Positions 1 to 11,535 of a stretch of DNA of 64,000 bases are shown here, one piece after another. Origin of the DNA: Pristiophorus japonicus (lineage: Eukaryota); NCBI RefSeq assembly GCF_044704955.1, contig NC_091986.1:190650001-190714000 (forward strand). The letters run 5' to 3'. How positions within the stretch are numbered: the stretch's first letter is position 1; each line of letters starts with the position of its first letter. Under the pieces are notes generated by a model, which was given only the letters and a program-made list of their open reading frames with translations, did no database searches and had not been told where the DNA came from. The position numbers and the translations under genes are program-made.

Positions 1-120
1 TTCTTGTGCTGGATTTACACTGCTACTGGCATAAATCCGATATGAAATGATAGTGTAACCGAGACAGTCATGTTGTGCTTTTTTTTGCTAATTAAAAGCT
101 CTCCAAATGTACTTTTACAG

Positions 121-267
121 GGAATGTGCTGTGCAGGAGCTTCGTCGACATGGCCCTTCTTACCGTACTACATCACCACCTCAACCTTCTTTAAGTCCAG
201 CATCACATTCACCAGACCGTTCTAGCCGCCGATCTCCTGATTGTACCCTAAACAGATCACTGAACAG
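121..267 (+). CDS. TSGA10: Penultimate coding exon of a TSGA10/CEP135-family centrosomal coiled-coil protein (TSGA10 favoured)
   Basis: Acceptor ttttacAG ends at 120 and donor GTatct starts at 268; 147 bp, phase 2/2. Translates (R)ECAVQELRRHGPSYRTTSPPQPSLSPASHSPDRSSRRSPDCTLNRSLN, resembling the TSGA10 C-terminus as I recall it (RERAVQELRR...HSPERAHHRSPDRGLDRSLE). The paralog CEP135 cannot be excluded. Confidence 0.7.
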
Positions 268-744
268 GTATCTTTGGCGCATACATTCATGCAATCATGT
301 TGCTCAAGCGTGTACCTTAATCGGGCTAAAAATGTTCAGAAATCCAAAAGTAGTTCTGACTTGATCTACTTTGGCTATATGTACAGCAAATAATCATAGA
401 CTTCAATAAAGTGACTAGAAGAATTGCATTAATTCATCACAATATAGTAATGTTTTGAAAAAAAAGGGGCCATTAGTCCATTTAGCCAAACCATTGCCAA
501 TCTCCTATCAGGTTCCATATACTTGTACACTGTTCTTAAATTAGGTGGAAGTTTCTTACATACTGAGGGCAGGGTTTGCCTACAGTTGGTGGCTGCAAGC
601 CACAAGCAGTTAACAGGGATTGTGCTTGGTATTTAAAAAAGATATCAGGCAGGTTGTACTGTTTTTGAACCTACAATAGGGTTCTACTTTTGAGCCCCAG
701 GATAAGAAAGAGGGTTGGGCTATATACAGGATACTGAAATATAT

Positions 745-927
745 ATTGAATATATTTAAGGTGGAAATAGACAGATTTTTGAATGATAAGGAAGTCAAGA
801 GTTATGGGGAGCAGGCAGGGAAGTGGAGTTGAGGCCAAGATCGGATCAGCCACGATCTTATTGAATGGCGGAGCAGGCTTGAGGAGCCGAATGACCTACT
901 CATGCTCCTATTTCTTATGTTCTTATG
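745..927 (+). mobile_element. CR1 LINE 3' fragment
   Basis: CR1 3' UTR (gaatggcggagcaggc...cctactcatgctcctat) and TTCTTATG repeat tail. Confidence 0.85.
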
Positions 928-1154
928 AAATGTAGTAGTATCTTGTAGGGTCGTTCAAATACCAACCAGCTCTATTCTGTTGCTTTCAAAGCGATTGGTT
1001 ACACGGAGGATATGATGTCATGGGCAACTATGATGGTCAAATGAAACAAACAAGGTAACTCACAAATGACTTCACCACGGAAATCAGCTTCATGAGTGGA
1101 GGATTTTGTGCCCCACCGCTTGTGAAAGTGCTGATTCCTTGCTGGCGTATAGAT

Positions 1155-1380
1155 TCACACCTCGAGTCTCATCGCCGAGAGCATGCAGAAATCAAGCATA
1201 GGCAGCGGAAAGAGCATTCGGCAAACCTGTCCCACCCACCCCTTCCCTCAACGACTATCTGTCCCACCTGTGACCGTGACTGTGGCTCTCATATTGGACT
1301 GTTCAGCCACCTAAGAACTCAGTTTTAGAGTGGAAGCAAGTCTTCCTCTATTCCGAGGGACTGCCTATGAAGATGATGAT
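1155..1380 (+). mobile_element. RTE-clade LINE 3' end
   Basis: C-terminal zinc finger CPTCDRDCGSHIGLFSHLRT, 3' UTR gtggaagcaagtc...gggactgcctat and (GAT)n tail, shared with elements at 22.0 and 46.7 kb. Confidence 0.8.
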
Positions 1381-1789
1381 AAATCCACAAGCTCTAGCTA
1401 CTTTCCAAAAAGGCTTCCTTATTGTGTGAACTTAAGACAGTGAATGTTGGCAGGCTATTTGAGTGTGGAAAGCATCAGAGGTGAAACCGATCTTGGCTTC
1501 ACTCTACATCTGTTCATCTGCACTTTCCAATAGGGATCACGTCATAGCCACCAGGAGTGTAATCCGTTCTGATTTTTGTTTCTCCCCATCCCTAGCCCAG
1601 GGACATCGAAGCCCTACCACAGCTCAGTAAATGCACACCAGAGATTCGGCCTTGGACTTGCTGGTTTACACTGGCTTGTGCCATTCTCCACAATGCTCTG
1701 TGTTTTTATCATTTTCACAGCTCAAAGAAATCAGTTAAAGCTGCTTTGTGATGTCGTCACTGTTATATCATGCCCAGTTGGAAATTAAA

Positions 1790-2116
1790 ACATTAAAAAA
1801 AACAGAGTGACTGCTGCCAATGAAGCGGAAGCTGCGCGGAAGCTTTCTGCGCATAAATGTCAGGTCCCAAATAAGAAAAAGTAACGCAACAGTAAGAGGA
1901 CTTGATAACGATAAACAGACCCCACAAGAGTACAATAAAATTCTCACAATCTGACAACATCTTAATATCGCCTTCAAGTCACATTTCCTCGTTAAATTTT
2001 ACTTGAAATTTTAGCAGTTCATTCTGATGAACTAATCACACTGCTGCCATTCTCTCTCTTATCTTGTTCCTCTCCATCCTCCCTCTCGTTTTCCTCCCCA
2101 GTCTTTGTCTAGCGAT

Positions 2117-2152
<36 letters not shown>

Positions 2153-2475
2153 CACTGTCTCTACCCACTTTCTCAATGATCCTTTTCCCAGCCGAATAAA
2201 TCCTAACATCCTGTGCCTGCATTCTGTTCACCAGCCATGTGTTCAAACCACAACAGACACCCCAGGGGAGTACAATAACACTCTCTCAATCTGACAACAT
2301 CCTAATATCACCTTTATTACATTACAGACCTCACAATGCCTGAAATTTCTACCCCTCACCTTTCTCTCACCAATCTGTGCAACGTCTGGTGAGAACAACC
2401 AAAAAACCCCACTGGAACTGTACATGTGCAACTACTTTATTTCATTGGCAGCAGTCTAATCCTTTTTAAAATGTC
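1790..2475. repeat. Decayed MITE-like segment with inverted and direct repeats
   Basis: GACTGCTGCCAATGAA (1809-1824) is the exact reverse complement of 2441-2456. An imperfect direct repeat of about 60 bp lies at ~1915-1976 and ~2252-2316. Confidence 0.45.
2120..2150. repeat. (CT)n microsatellite
   Basis: About 15 CT units seen directly. Confidence 0.95.
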
Positions 2476-4233
2476 AAATTATCCATCATCGATCCACCAT
2501 CTCTGCTGAGTTGGAAAGTTGGTTGGTTGGCCAGCTTGCTCCCAGTCTCAATGTCAATGCTCCCATCAGCTCACTGTCAGACAGCATAAAGGACTTTCAG
2601 GCACAACTCCTCCCTCTGATTTTCATCCACCTACAGGGAACCATTTCATTCAGTTTTTCCCTGTGGGGTGCAGCTCCGATCAGGAACAAAGCAGACTGGA
2701 GAATGAGTTTGACTACCCCCCGCCCCCCCCCCCCCCCTCAAATCCCTCACTCCATGGTGTCAGCCTTTAATGCTCTAACCTTAGTACCACGCGGTGCCTA
2801 GAAAGAATTTTTTTTGACTGACATATCTCCACACAAGTGATTTAAGTGATCAAGTTGTTATGGTTGTTTTGATTGTTCATGTTGTTTCCACTTTTGCGTC
2901 TGTACCGTGCGAAGAGGGCAGGGCAGGGCAGTGGGATCAGTTTTGGATTGTTCTTGCAGAGTAAGAACTGGCATAGACATGATGAGCTGAATAGTTCCCT
3001 CTGTGCTGTAAACTGCTCTGATTCCAGGAACTGCCAAATAGCTAAGAGTGTTGATGTGATACCTGCATACAGGAGAGATACATGGGTGACTTCGCCATTT
3101 CAGACACTTCATACACGAGTAACCTGGGTTTAACTCCTATTAATAGTTGAGTGCAGTTAAACTTATTCAGATAAAAAGGGTCTTGTCTTTAGTTATCAAC
3201 ATGGGGGTGGGTTAGCAATTTCGTGGGACAGGCGTGATAGACCAGATGGTCTTTACCTGTCCGTCATTGTTCGTATGTTCATAGTGGTGGTGCAGATCAT
3301 TTGCATTCCCATCACAGCCAGGAAGATAGAAAAAAATTGAAATCATAATTTAAAAATATATATTTTTTGTATAGTCCGTAACACTGTATAACACAATAAA
3401 TATGATTTTAATTTCAAAACTTTATCCAGCCATTACTGGATACAACATCATGTGCACAACCTTTTCTCATTTGTCAAAATACATAAATCAACATTTAAAA
3501 AAACGCATTATGCTCAAAAGCCCATATTGTATTTTTGCAATGCTTTTTCTTTGCCATAACTGTGTTAAGTTGGTGGCCATCTGAAACAAGCCTGATGAAG
3601 AACTAATTGTTTTGAATCGCTATTACATTTCTTGTACTCTCAGGTTGCAGTGCCATTGAGCAGTGTTACAGAAAACAGACTTTTTATTTTCACACTAGCT
3701 CATAGCAGTGATTGAAGTTTGGTATTACAATGAAGAATAGTATGCGCATCAAAATACAATCATTGGTGAATTTATTATGAGTTATAAAAATTGACTGTAA
3801 TAGCTGTGGAAATTTTAAGGAGCTTATAGTAATTTAGGTTGATTTAGCTGAGGCATAATCTGTGTGAATCTTCAGCCCTGCAAACCTGCTCAGCATGACC
3901 AGGATCCCATAACCTGGAGTGTTTTTGCCTGTCTGGTTCATTAAATGATTGAGGAGAAGTCTTTAGATTTATTTACAGTAAGAGCCTGCCAGTTCACTCG
4001 TTGCTGCCCAGCTCTGCAGTGTCTGATCCTATATTCTTATGTGGAGGTAATTGCTGAACCTGAGCCCCAATTGGTTTTGTACTCAGAATCAATATTAGAG
4101 CTAGCTGCTTCAGCCTGCCACTTCACTTCGTTATGTAGACCACGCATAGACACTGAAAAGCAACAACATTTAAAACAAAAACGCAACAACTTCTGAATTA
4201 TTTTAAATTGGAATTATTCTTGTTTCCATCCAG

Positions 4234-4258
4234 AGCATCATCTTTAAAGGAGTTCTGA
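4234..4258 (+). CDS. TSGA10: Putative terminal coding exon of the same gene (RASSLKEF*)
   Basis: Polypyrimidine tract and CAG acceptor ending at 4233. Joins in frame with the phase-2 exon at 121-267 to give an 8-aa tail ending in F, like TSGA10 ENLCYRDF*. Followed by AT-rich UTR-like sequence. Confidence 0.55.
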
Positions 4259-4607
4259 CTTTACTGAAGATTTATCTCCACAATCATTTGGAAAAGAAAA
4301 TGAACCTTGCAGACATTCAAGAGGAAGATCTTCCATTTCAATTCAAGTGAATTCTGTATGACCAATTTTGTTTGAACGTGTTAATGAAGTGCCCATACTT
4401 TCACCTAATATGCCAGAGAATTTTACTTTGCCTACAGCTTTTGTTTTTCCTTCTTGGGAATTTAAAAAGCGCGAAGAGATGCAACTTTTAATGACCTTTT
4501 CATTCATTGTCACATAATCTATAGACATTTCTATGTCTTGTGCTCTAGCTCAACTTTTTAAGCCAGTATCATTAACTGAATTTGAACACACGCAGTTAAA
4601 TGATGTC

Positions 4608-4613
4608 AATAAA
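4608..4613 (+). terminator. Candidate polyadenylation signal AATAAA
   Basis: Canonical hexamer about 350 nt downstream of the putative stop codon. Confidence 0.4.
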
Positions 4614-4691
4614 TTCATTGAAAGACGAACCACTTGTACACAATATTTTCTATAGCCACTGTTATAAACTGGAACAGGAGGAAGAAACTTA

Positions 4692-5615
4692 GGGGCAGAA
4701 ATATGAGTCATTTGTGCCTCCCGTTTGTGCCCCGGGGGTGCTAATTACTTTTCCCCCTGATCACGGTGCCGCTAACGACGACTCAATTCCGCAGGAGTTT
4801 AGCAGCGGCGGCAACTGGCAGCGCCCCACTCCACTGCGCCGGCGATGATGGAGCAAAAAAGTTGGGAGTGCCCCCTGAAGCTGTGCCGGGTGATCATAGC
4901 AACAGCTTCAGGGGAAGCATACTGGGCAGCAGGCTGCTCGCAGGGCGCGAGTTAAAGGGGAGGTGGCGTGCGTGGGGAAAAAAATATCAGCCGATTTGCA
5001 TGTCGTGGCCTGTTGCATCCTTCAACGTGGAGTCCATGCCACGATCTGGCAGCCCGGCACTCCGCTGATGCCATGGCACCCTGCTCCCAAGTGGTCCTGG
5101 TAGGGACCTGCAGAGTCTGCAGCTTGGCCCTCCCTTTTAATGAAGGGGAGGGGCCCTTTTTACGAGGCAGCGCTACGCACCCCTCACACTGTGCTTCCGC
5201 TCTGTTAGCACCCAACACAGGAAGTGGAGCGCGTTGCTGATTGGCTGCACCCATCTGCAGCAATTCCAAAATCGTTGCTTGCTGGCGCCAGTTAAAGCTA
5301 GCCTGCACCTTTTAAAGGGGAGGTGCATTGTGGCTGGCGCGGATGCTGGCAATTTTCAAGAAGTGACTCTGATCTGGGAAACAGTGAAGAATGGCACAAC
5401 ATGGGAGAAGGTGGAAAGTAGGAGAGATGTCCTGTAATCGCAGGGGGCTTGGTGGCCCTCCATACACATGCTCAAAAGGCAGTGGGAGCAGATAGCCGTG
5501 AAGATCAGTGCCAGTATAGCCCCGAGGACCTGTATGTAGTGCTGCAAGAAATTCAATGACCTCACACGATCGGTCAAGGTCAGTGAATGAATCTTCAAAT
5601 GCCTTATCCTACCAC
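4692..5615 (+). mobile_element. PIF/Harbinger-like element left part with Myb/SANT-like pseudogene fragment
   Basis: Starts tta|GGGGCAGAAAT with a GC-rich subterminal region. 5405-5585 translates, with stops, to KVESRRDVL...LKRQWEQIAVKISA...CCKKFNDLTRSVKV, a Myb/SANT-like trihelix motif. Confidence 0.65.
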
Positions 5616-5737
5616 AACACAAAAGCAAAATACTGCGGATGCTGGAAATCTGAAATAAAAACAGAAAATGTTGGAAATACTCAGCAGGCCAGACAGCATC
5701 TGTGGAGAGAGAAACAGAGTTAATGTTTCAGGTCAAT
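5616..5737 (-). mobile_element. Penelope-like element terminal fragment
   Basis: caaaatactgcggatgctggaaatctgaaataaaaacagaaaatg...gtttcaggtc matches from memory a common shark PLE end. It is cut at 5737 by a Harbinger terminus. Confidence 0.55.
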
Positions 5738-7505
5738 GGGCAAAATTTTACACTTTTGTGCAGATCGCCCAAAAATGGGCGTTATTTCCAGCGTGGGTGG
5801 TAAAAATGGGTTTTCAGATCACCGCCGGCTTGTCACCCATTTTCAAAGCCCCTAGTCTCCATTTTAAAAATTGGGCTTTGCCACGAGCGATCTGAAATGG
5901 GCATTAGCGTTAAATCTCTGATCTTCTGCTGTAAAGTGTCGCCGTCCTTAGCAACGGCATGGCAACGCTCGATTCCCACGATTCAGGAGGTCAAGAGTCA
6001 TAATGACATGTGCATAAGAGGAGAAAGAGAGAGAGGGAGCTGAGAGGGAGTAAAGGCATGTGTGGATGTGGTGTGGCTGCTGGTTTGGCTGTTCTGGGAG
6101 GAAGGAGGGAGAGTTTCGAACTTTATAGCAAATTGTGAAAAAGACCTTGGCTGTTACCAGTCTGATATTTTTCCAAATTTGGTGCCTATAAATGGAGGGA
6201 GTGGAGGAGACGACACAGCACGCTGTGGAGACTGACGCTGGCGAGAGCAGTGAGCTGGGAGAAGAGCACATTGGAGGGCGCAAAAGAGCGAGGAGGTTCT
6301 CGGATGAGGCTAATGCCTCCCTCATACAGGAGATCCAGTCACGCTGGGGTGATTTGACACAAGAAGCCACCCCAAAGGCCTACCAGAAGATATGGGCCGA
6401 GATAGCAGAGGTGGTCTCGTCGGCGATCAATGAGGTGCGTGAGGGCAACCAATGCCACAAGCAACCTTGTCGGATCCGCAAGAATAAATATTAAATTTAT
6501 TTACATGTACTTATGTATTTATATAATTTGATTTCTAAGAGTCATGAGTGAATATCATCAGATGTGAGATCTTTCACTTTTACCAGGAAGGTTGTACTCG
6601 GCCTGCGTTCACGGTTATCATAAAAATCATGATTACATCTGTCGGTTATGTGTTGTATCAGTCTCTGTGACAGTATCTAGCAATGATATCACGCAATGAT
6701 CTCATGCCATGTCGTCCTGTTACCTTTTACAGAAGAAGCTCTTGACAAATAGTTCTGAGCAGAGGTGAACGGGTGGAGGGGCTAACAGTCACCAGCGACC
6801 TCACTGACATTGAGGAGCGGGTGCTCGCACTCGTGGGGAGCAACCCGCGGACGGCCACGCAGGCAGCTGCACACCCTGAAGTGATGCCACGTGTGTGATG
6901 TATAGTCAATAGATGCCACACCCACTCATATCCAAACAATAATATATGATAGATGATTTCTAAAATTGTCCTATAAATAATGCTGGCCTCATGAGAATCA
7001 TTGCAATGCATAATGTGTTGATGGTCATGAAATATGATGTCTGTGATGATTTTGATAGCGGTGGTGCTTTTGTCGTGCATATGCTGTGTGTAGCGCTGGA
7101 CTCACCTTGTGACCCTAGCACCCTTTCTCTAATAACCTCATTTGTGTTTTGCAGCTCAGCCAGCAGCGCGTCCCGAGGCCAGAAGGTGGGGGCACGGGGC
7201 CGGACTTGCCGGACAATCCTACATCTGGTGCTGAGGAGTTCCAATTTTCACCCGTTAATCAGCTGGGTCTGTTCTCCAGGGATGAGAGCGCGGACTTTGA
7301 GGAGTCTGCATCGCCAGGCTCCAGAAGGCATTCCACCCCAAGGCCATCTCGTGCTCCTCCGGCCATTCCCACCTCCACTCTGGAGGTACCGGGCCCAAGC
7401 ACCTCGCCACAGGGCACCCCAGGTGTCCCCAGGACAGCGCCGACCCCACGGAGGTTTCGTGGACGCAGCAGGTCTGGTGGCACTTGTGGCACAGGCCTCC
7501 CAGTA
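5738..7505 (+). mobile_element. Harbinger element with intron-containing Myb/SANT-like gene (pseudogenised)
   Basis: Terminus GGGCAAAATTTTACACTTTT. ORF 6192-6494 reads RKRARRFSDEANASLIQEIQSRW...KIWAEIAEVVSS...NQC. Exon-like pieces at 6733-6890 (tttttacAG acceptor, ...LTDIEERVLALVG) and from 7155 (ttttgcAG, P/S/T-rich). Confidence 0.75.
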
Positions 7506-7892
7506 GTCCCGGAGCGCGGCACTCCACCCCTAGGTTCTGCACCCCCAGTGCCAACGACACGAGAGGCAGGAGCAAGATGCTGCTTCTGGATCTGAGAATG
7601 TTCCCACCTCGGTACCCCCTGCTCCCGTATCTGTGCAACCACCGGCTCTGCCTTCATCCTCCCCAATGAGGCACTGCCTGAGGAGCTCTTCAGCCAGGCG
7701 GCGTGGAGCAAGGAGGGGAAGGGGTAGAAGTGGGGAGAAGAAGTGGAGGGGGGAAGGAAAGTGAGGTGCATGTCTGCAGGTGATGGCTGTGTTATATCTC
7801 CATCTCGGTGTATGCAGTTTGTTGTAATGTATTGCGGGAGGGGGCCACACTGTTGCTTTGCATTTGTGTTCTGTGTTGCTGGACAGGTTGAC

Positions 7893-7968
7893 TGTTAGGT
7901 ATACAAGAACTCCATGAGGCTGAGTACTGTGAGCTAAACTTAGTGTGACCTTAGTCTTTATTACAACA
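7893..7968. mobile_element. Very short, internally deleted LTR remnant
   Basis: TGTT...AACA ends. gtgaccttagtctttatta resembles the Gypsy LTR at 50403-50613. No TSD seen. Confidence 0.3.
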
Positions 7969-7974
7969 GTGGGA

Positions 7975-8446
7975 GCTCAGACTGCTGTCATACAAGATTG
8001 CTGCCATGATGGCTGTGGATTACAGTGTTCAAAGGGGGCTTGCATGGTGTCACAGCAGTCCAGCAATCTGTCCTGCAGGAGATAACTAAGATTGCTGAGG
8101 AACCACCCCCGTTGAGTGGCAGAGACTCCATGGAGCACAAACCTGCTGTCCTCCCTCAGGATGACAGCATTCATGCTCCCAACCCTGCCACTCTGCCAGT
8201 GCCTTTGCTGTTGTTTGTCAGCCAGCCAGCCAGCCCAGACGGTGCCATCCATGCCGAGATGGTGCGGCCCGCAGCCGGACCTTCTCAGCCCAGAGTTTCT
8301 CGAGGTTGTCCTGCAAGGCCAGCTGCAGTCTCCTCCACTGAAATTCAGCGGCATTCTACCAGCCATGTTGCAGATACTCGTGTAGCACTGCATAGGAGCA
8401 TCAGGACAGGCAAAGGGACACGGAAGACAGGCACCAAGGGAATTCA
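7975..8446 (+). mobile_element. Probable Harbinger accessory (Myb) gene 3' remnant
   Basis: Low-complexity ORF 8025-8489 with a basic tail, converging on the transposase remnant at 9208-9640. Confidence 0.4.
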
Positions 8447-9207
8447 CACAACAACAACAACTTGTATTTCCATAGCACCTTTAACATAGTGAAACATCCC
8501 AAGGCGCTTCACAGTATTATGAGATAAAAAATGTAAAATTTTTACACCCAGCCGCATCAGTAGAATTTAGTGCAGGTGACCAAAAGCTTGGTCAAAGAGG
8601 TAGGTTTTAAGGAGCATCTTGAAAGAGGAAAGAGAGGTGGAGAAGTTTAGACATGGAGTTCCGGAGGCTTGGGCCTAAGCATGGCCACCAACGGTTGAGC
8701 GATTATAATCAGGGATGCTCTAGAGGGCCGAATTAGAGAAGCGCAGACATCTTCGGGGGTGGTGGGGAGGGTTATGGGCTGGAGGAGATTACAGAGATAG
8801 GGAGGAGCAAAGCCATGGAGGGATTTGAAAATAAGGATGAGCGTTGCTTAACCGGAAGCCAATGTAGGTCAGCAAGCACAGGGGTGATGGGTAACCGGGA
8901 CTTGGTGTGAGTTAGGACATAGGCAGCCGAGTTTTTGATCCCCTTTTGTTTACATTGGGTAGAATGTGGGTGGCCAGTCAGGAGTGTGTTGGAATAGTCA
9001 AGTCTAGAGGTAACAAAGGCGTGGATGAGCTGAGGCAAGTGCGGAGACGGGCGATGTTACGGAGGTGTAAATATCGGTCTTGGGAATGCTGCGAGTATGT
9101 GGTCGAAAGCTCATTTCAGGATCAAATATGACACCAAGGTTGCGATCAGTCTGGTTTAGCTTCAGACAGAAGTTGGGGAGTAGGTTGGAGTCAGTGGCTA
9201 GGGAATA
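8447..9207 (-). mobile_element. L2-clade LINE 3' fragment
   Basis: LIHAFVTSRLDYSN...ITPVLADLHWLPV motif and (TTG)n tail at 8447-8461. Confidence 0.85.
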
Positions 9208-10104
9208 GCCCTATTCGCCCAGTAGCCACCCTTTGGTTTGCCATGATGGCTAAAATGCAGATGGCACAGCGGACTGCCACAGAATGAAGGTGCCATGACT
9301 GCTGCCAGGATACCGGGGATTGACCTGCATGATTCGCTGCCTTTGGTCACACACCAGCTGGATGTTGTGGGAGTGGAATGCGTTTCGGTTCCAGTACATG
9401 GTAGACTTGACATGCGTAACCTGCAAGACAATGTATGTGCATTCAATGGCACCTTGCACCGGGGGAAGCCTGTAATCCTAGCTTTCCCTGCTGGTTTTTG
9501 TCAAGAGAGAGCAAAATGTAGTTATCTCTCTTTGAATAGAGTGCCTCAGTTTACCTCCCTTACACAACAGTGGATGGCAAACTGCAAGATGTTGCAAATA
9601 TTTCTATTTCCAGCTCCAGCCTGGAAGGAGCCAGAAACCTAAAAGTTCATCGCCCCAGTCTCCTTCACAGCCACTGGCAATGCGGTCCTTGCCCTGCTTG
9701 AAACTTGAAACAACTATAGTAAGCACCAAGCATTTGTAGAATTATACCAACAGCCAGAAGAAATCAACCAACAACTAATCTGTCATTAGTTGACGATCCC
9801 TTTCAATAGCGCTGGTGGGAGGGGGTCCTATCCGCTGGTTAATGCATGTTCAGCCGTGCAAGGTTAAGAGGGCATCAGCTGGACCGTTGAGCTCCAAAAT
9901 GGCAGCACTGGCGTCAGATCTGTGATTCACGCTGATTGACATCGAGATCTGTCTGCTCTGCAAACTTCCCGTGGATGTTAGTTGCATCCGTGCTAACACA
10001 TTCACCAAAATGGCATCCACATGATTCGTGGCAGAACAGTTTGGTCCCCAAATGGCACCTGTAGCGCTCAAGCAACAGGTGCAACCTATCCCAATTTCAC
10101 GGCC
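9208..10104 (-). mobile_element. Harbinger transposase (HARBI1-like DDE) pseudogene and terminus
   Basis: QGAIECT...NRNAFHSHNIQLVCD...RYPGSSHGTFIL matches the HARBI1 GAIDCTH/NRKGFHSLNVQ/PGSxHD motifs. Terminus-like caatttcacggcc ends at 10104. Confidence 0.8.
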
Positions 10105-10404
10105 ATTATGTCTGAAGCTTATGCTGTGTTGATTATAATCAATCATTTAATAAGTACAGATTTTTTTTTTAAACTGCATTCCAGAAGCAAAATTCATGAT
10201 AGAATTTATAGTTTGCCACATTCTTCACATGTTTGCTAGTTAAGCAAGGAAATGTTTTTAGTGGACCATATTTTAGAATCTATGACTGAGCAATTACTCT
10301 GTTTAGGCTGCAATGAAGACTAATTGGTGCGCAATCTAACAGCTGATGTGTCCCATAGTACATCTTAAAATGGTTACGTTGGCACAAGCAAACTCAATAC
10401 CACA

Positions 10405-11350
10405 ATGCTAGCACATCAAGGAGCCCTACTAAAATTGAAGTCAGTGGGAATCGGGGAAAGCTCCCCACTAGCTAGAGTCATACCTAGCACAAAGATGATT
10501 ATGGTTGTGGGAGGCCAATCATCTCAGCCCCATGACATCGCTGCAGAAGTTTCTCAGAGCAGTGTCCTAGGCCCAACCATCTTCAGCTGCTTCATCAATT
10601 ACCTACCCTCCATTATAAGGTCAGAAATGGGGATGTTTGCACAGTGTTCAACTCCTCAGATAATGAAGCAATCCATGCCCGTATGCAGCAAGACCTGGAC
10701 GACATTCAGGCTTTGGCTGATATGTGGCAAGTAACATTTGCGCTACACAAGTGACAAGCAATGACTATCTCCAGCAAGCAAGAGTCCAACCACTGGCCCT
10801 TGACATTCAACAGCATTATCATCGCTGAATCCCCCACCATCAACATTCTGGAGGGGGTCACCATTAACCAGAAACTTAACTCGACCAGCCACATAAATAC
10901 TGTGGCCACAAGAGCAGGTCAGAGGCAGCATATTCTGCAGCAAGTACCTCATCTACCAACTCCCCAAAGCATTTCCATCATCTACGAGGCATAAGTCAGG
11001 AGTGCGATGGAATATTCTCCACTTGCCTGAATGAGTGCAGCTCCAACAACACTCAAGAAGCTCGACACCATCCAGGTCAAAGCAGCCCACTTGATTGACA
11101 CCCCATCCACTCCCTCCACCACTGGCACACCGTGGCTGCAGTGTGTACCATCTACAAGTTGCACTGCAGCAACTCACCAAGGCTTCTTCAACAGCACCTT
11201 CCAAACCCATGACCTCTACCACCTAGAAGGACAAGGGCAGCAGGCACATGGGAACCCCACCACCTACTCGAGTAATTAGGGATGGGCAATAAATGCTGGC
11301 CTTGCCAGCGATACCCACATCCCAGAAACGAATATAAAAAAAACAAAATA
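10405..11350 (+). mobile_element. Non-LTR LINE (CR1/L2 superclade) 3' part
   Basis: HQGALLKLKS...VSQSSVLGPTIFSCFINYLP RT remnants; 3' end gggatgggcaataaatgctggcc plus A-rich tail. Confidence 0.75.
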
Positions 11351-11402
11351 AAAATTATTTCACTGAGTGTGGAACCAGATTTGAATCCAGCCCAGACTAA
11401 TC

Positions 11403-11535
11403 ACATAGAAACATAGAAAATAGGTGCAGGAGTAGGCCATTCGGCCCCTCGAGCCTACACCGCCATTCAACAAGATCATGGCTGATCATTCCCTCAGTAC
11501 CCCTTTCCTATAGAAACATAGAAAATAGATGCAGG
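11403..11535 (-). mobile_element. Two stacked CR1 3' tail fragments
   Basis: catagaaacatagaaaataggtgcaggagtaggcc occurs at 11404 and again, truncated, at 11510. Confidence 0.8.

Noticed and set aside
107-364. 85-aa standalone ORF
   Set aside because: Only 121-267 lies between splice sites; the ORF start and tail are intronic.
9208-9640. Domesticated HARBI1 gene
   Set aside because: Frameshifted, catalytic motifs altered (GAIE, SHG) and truncated by an L2.
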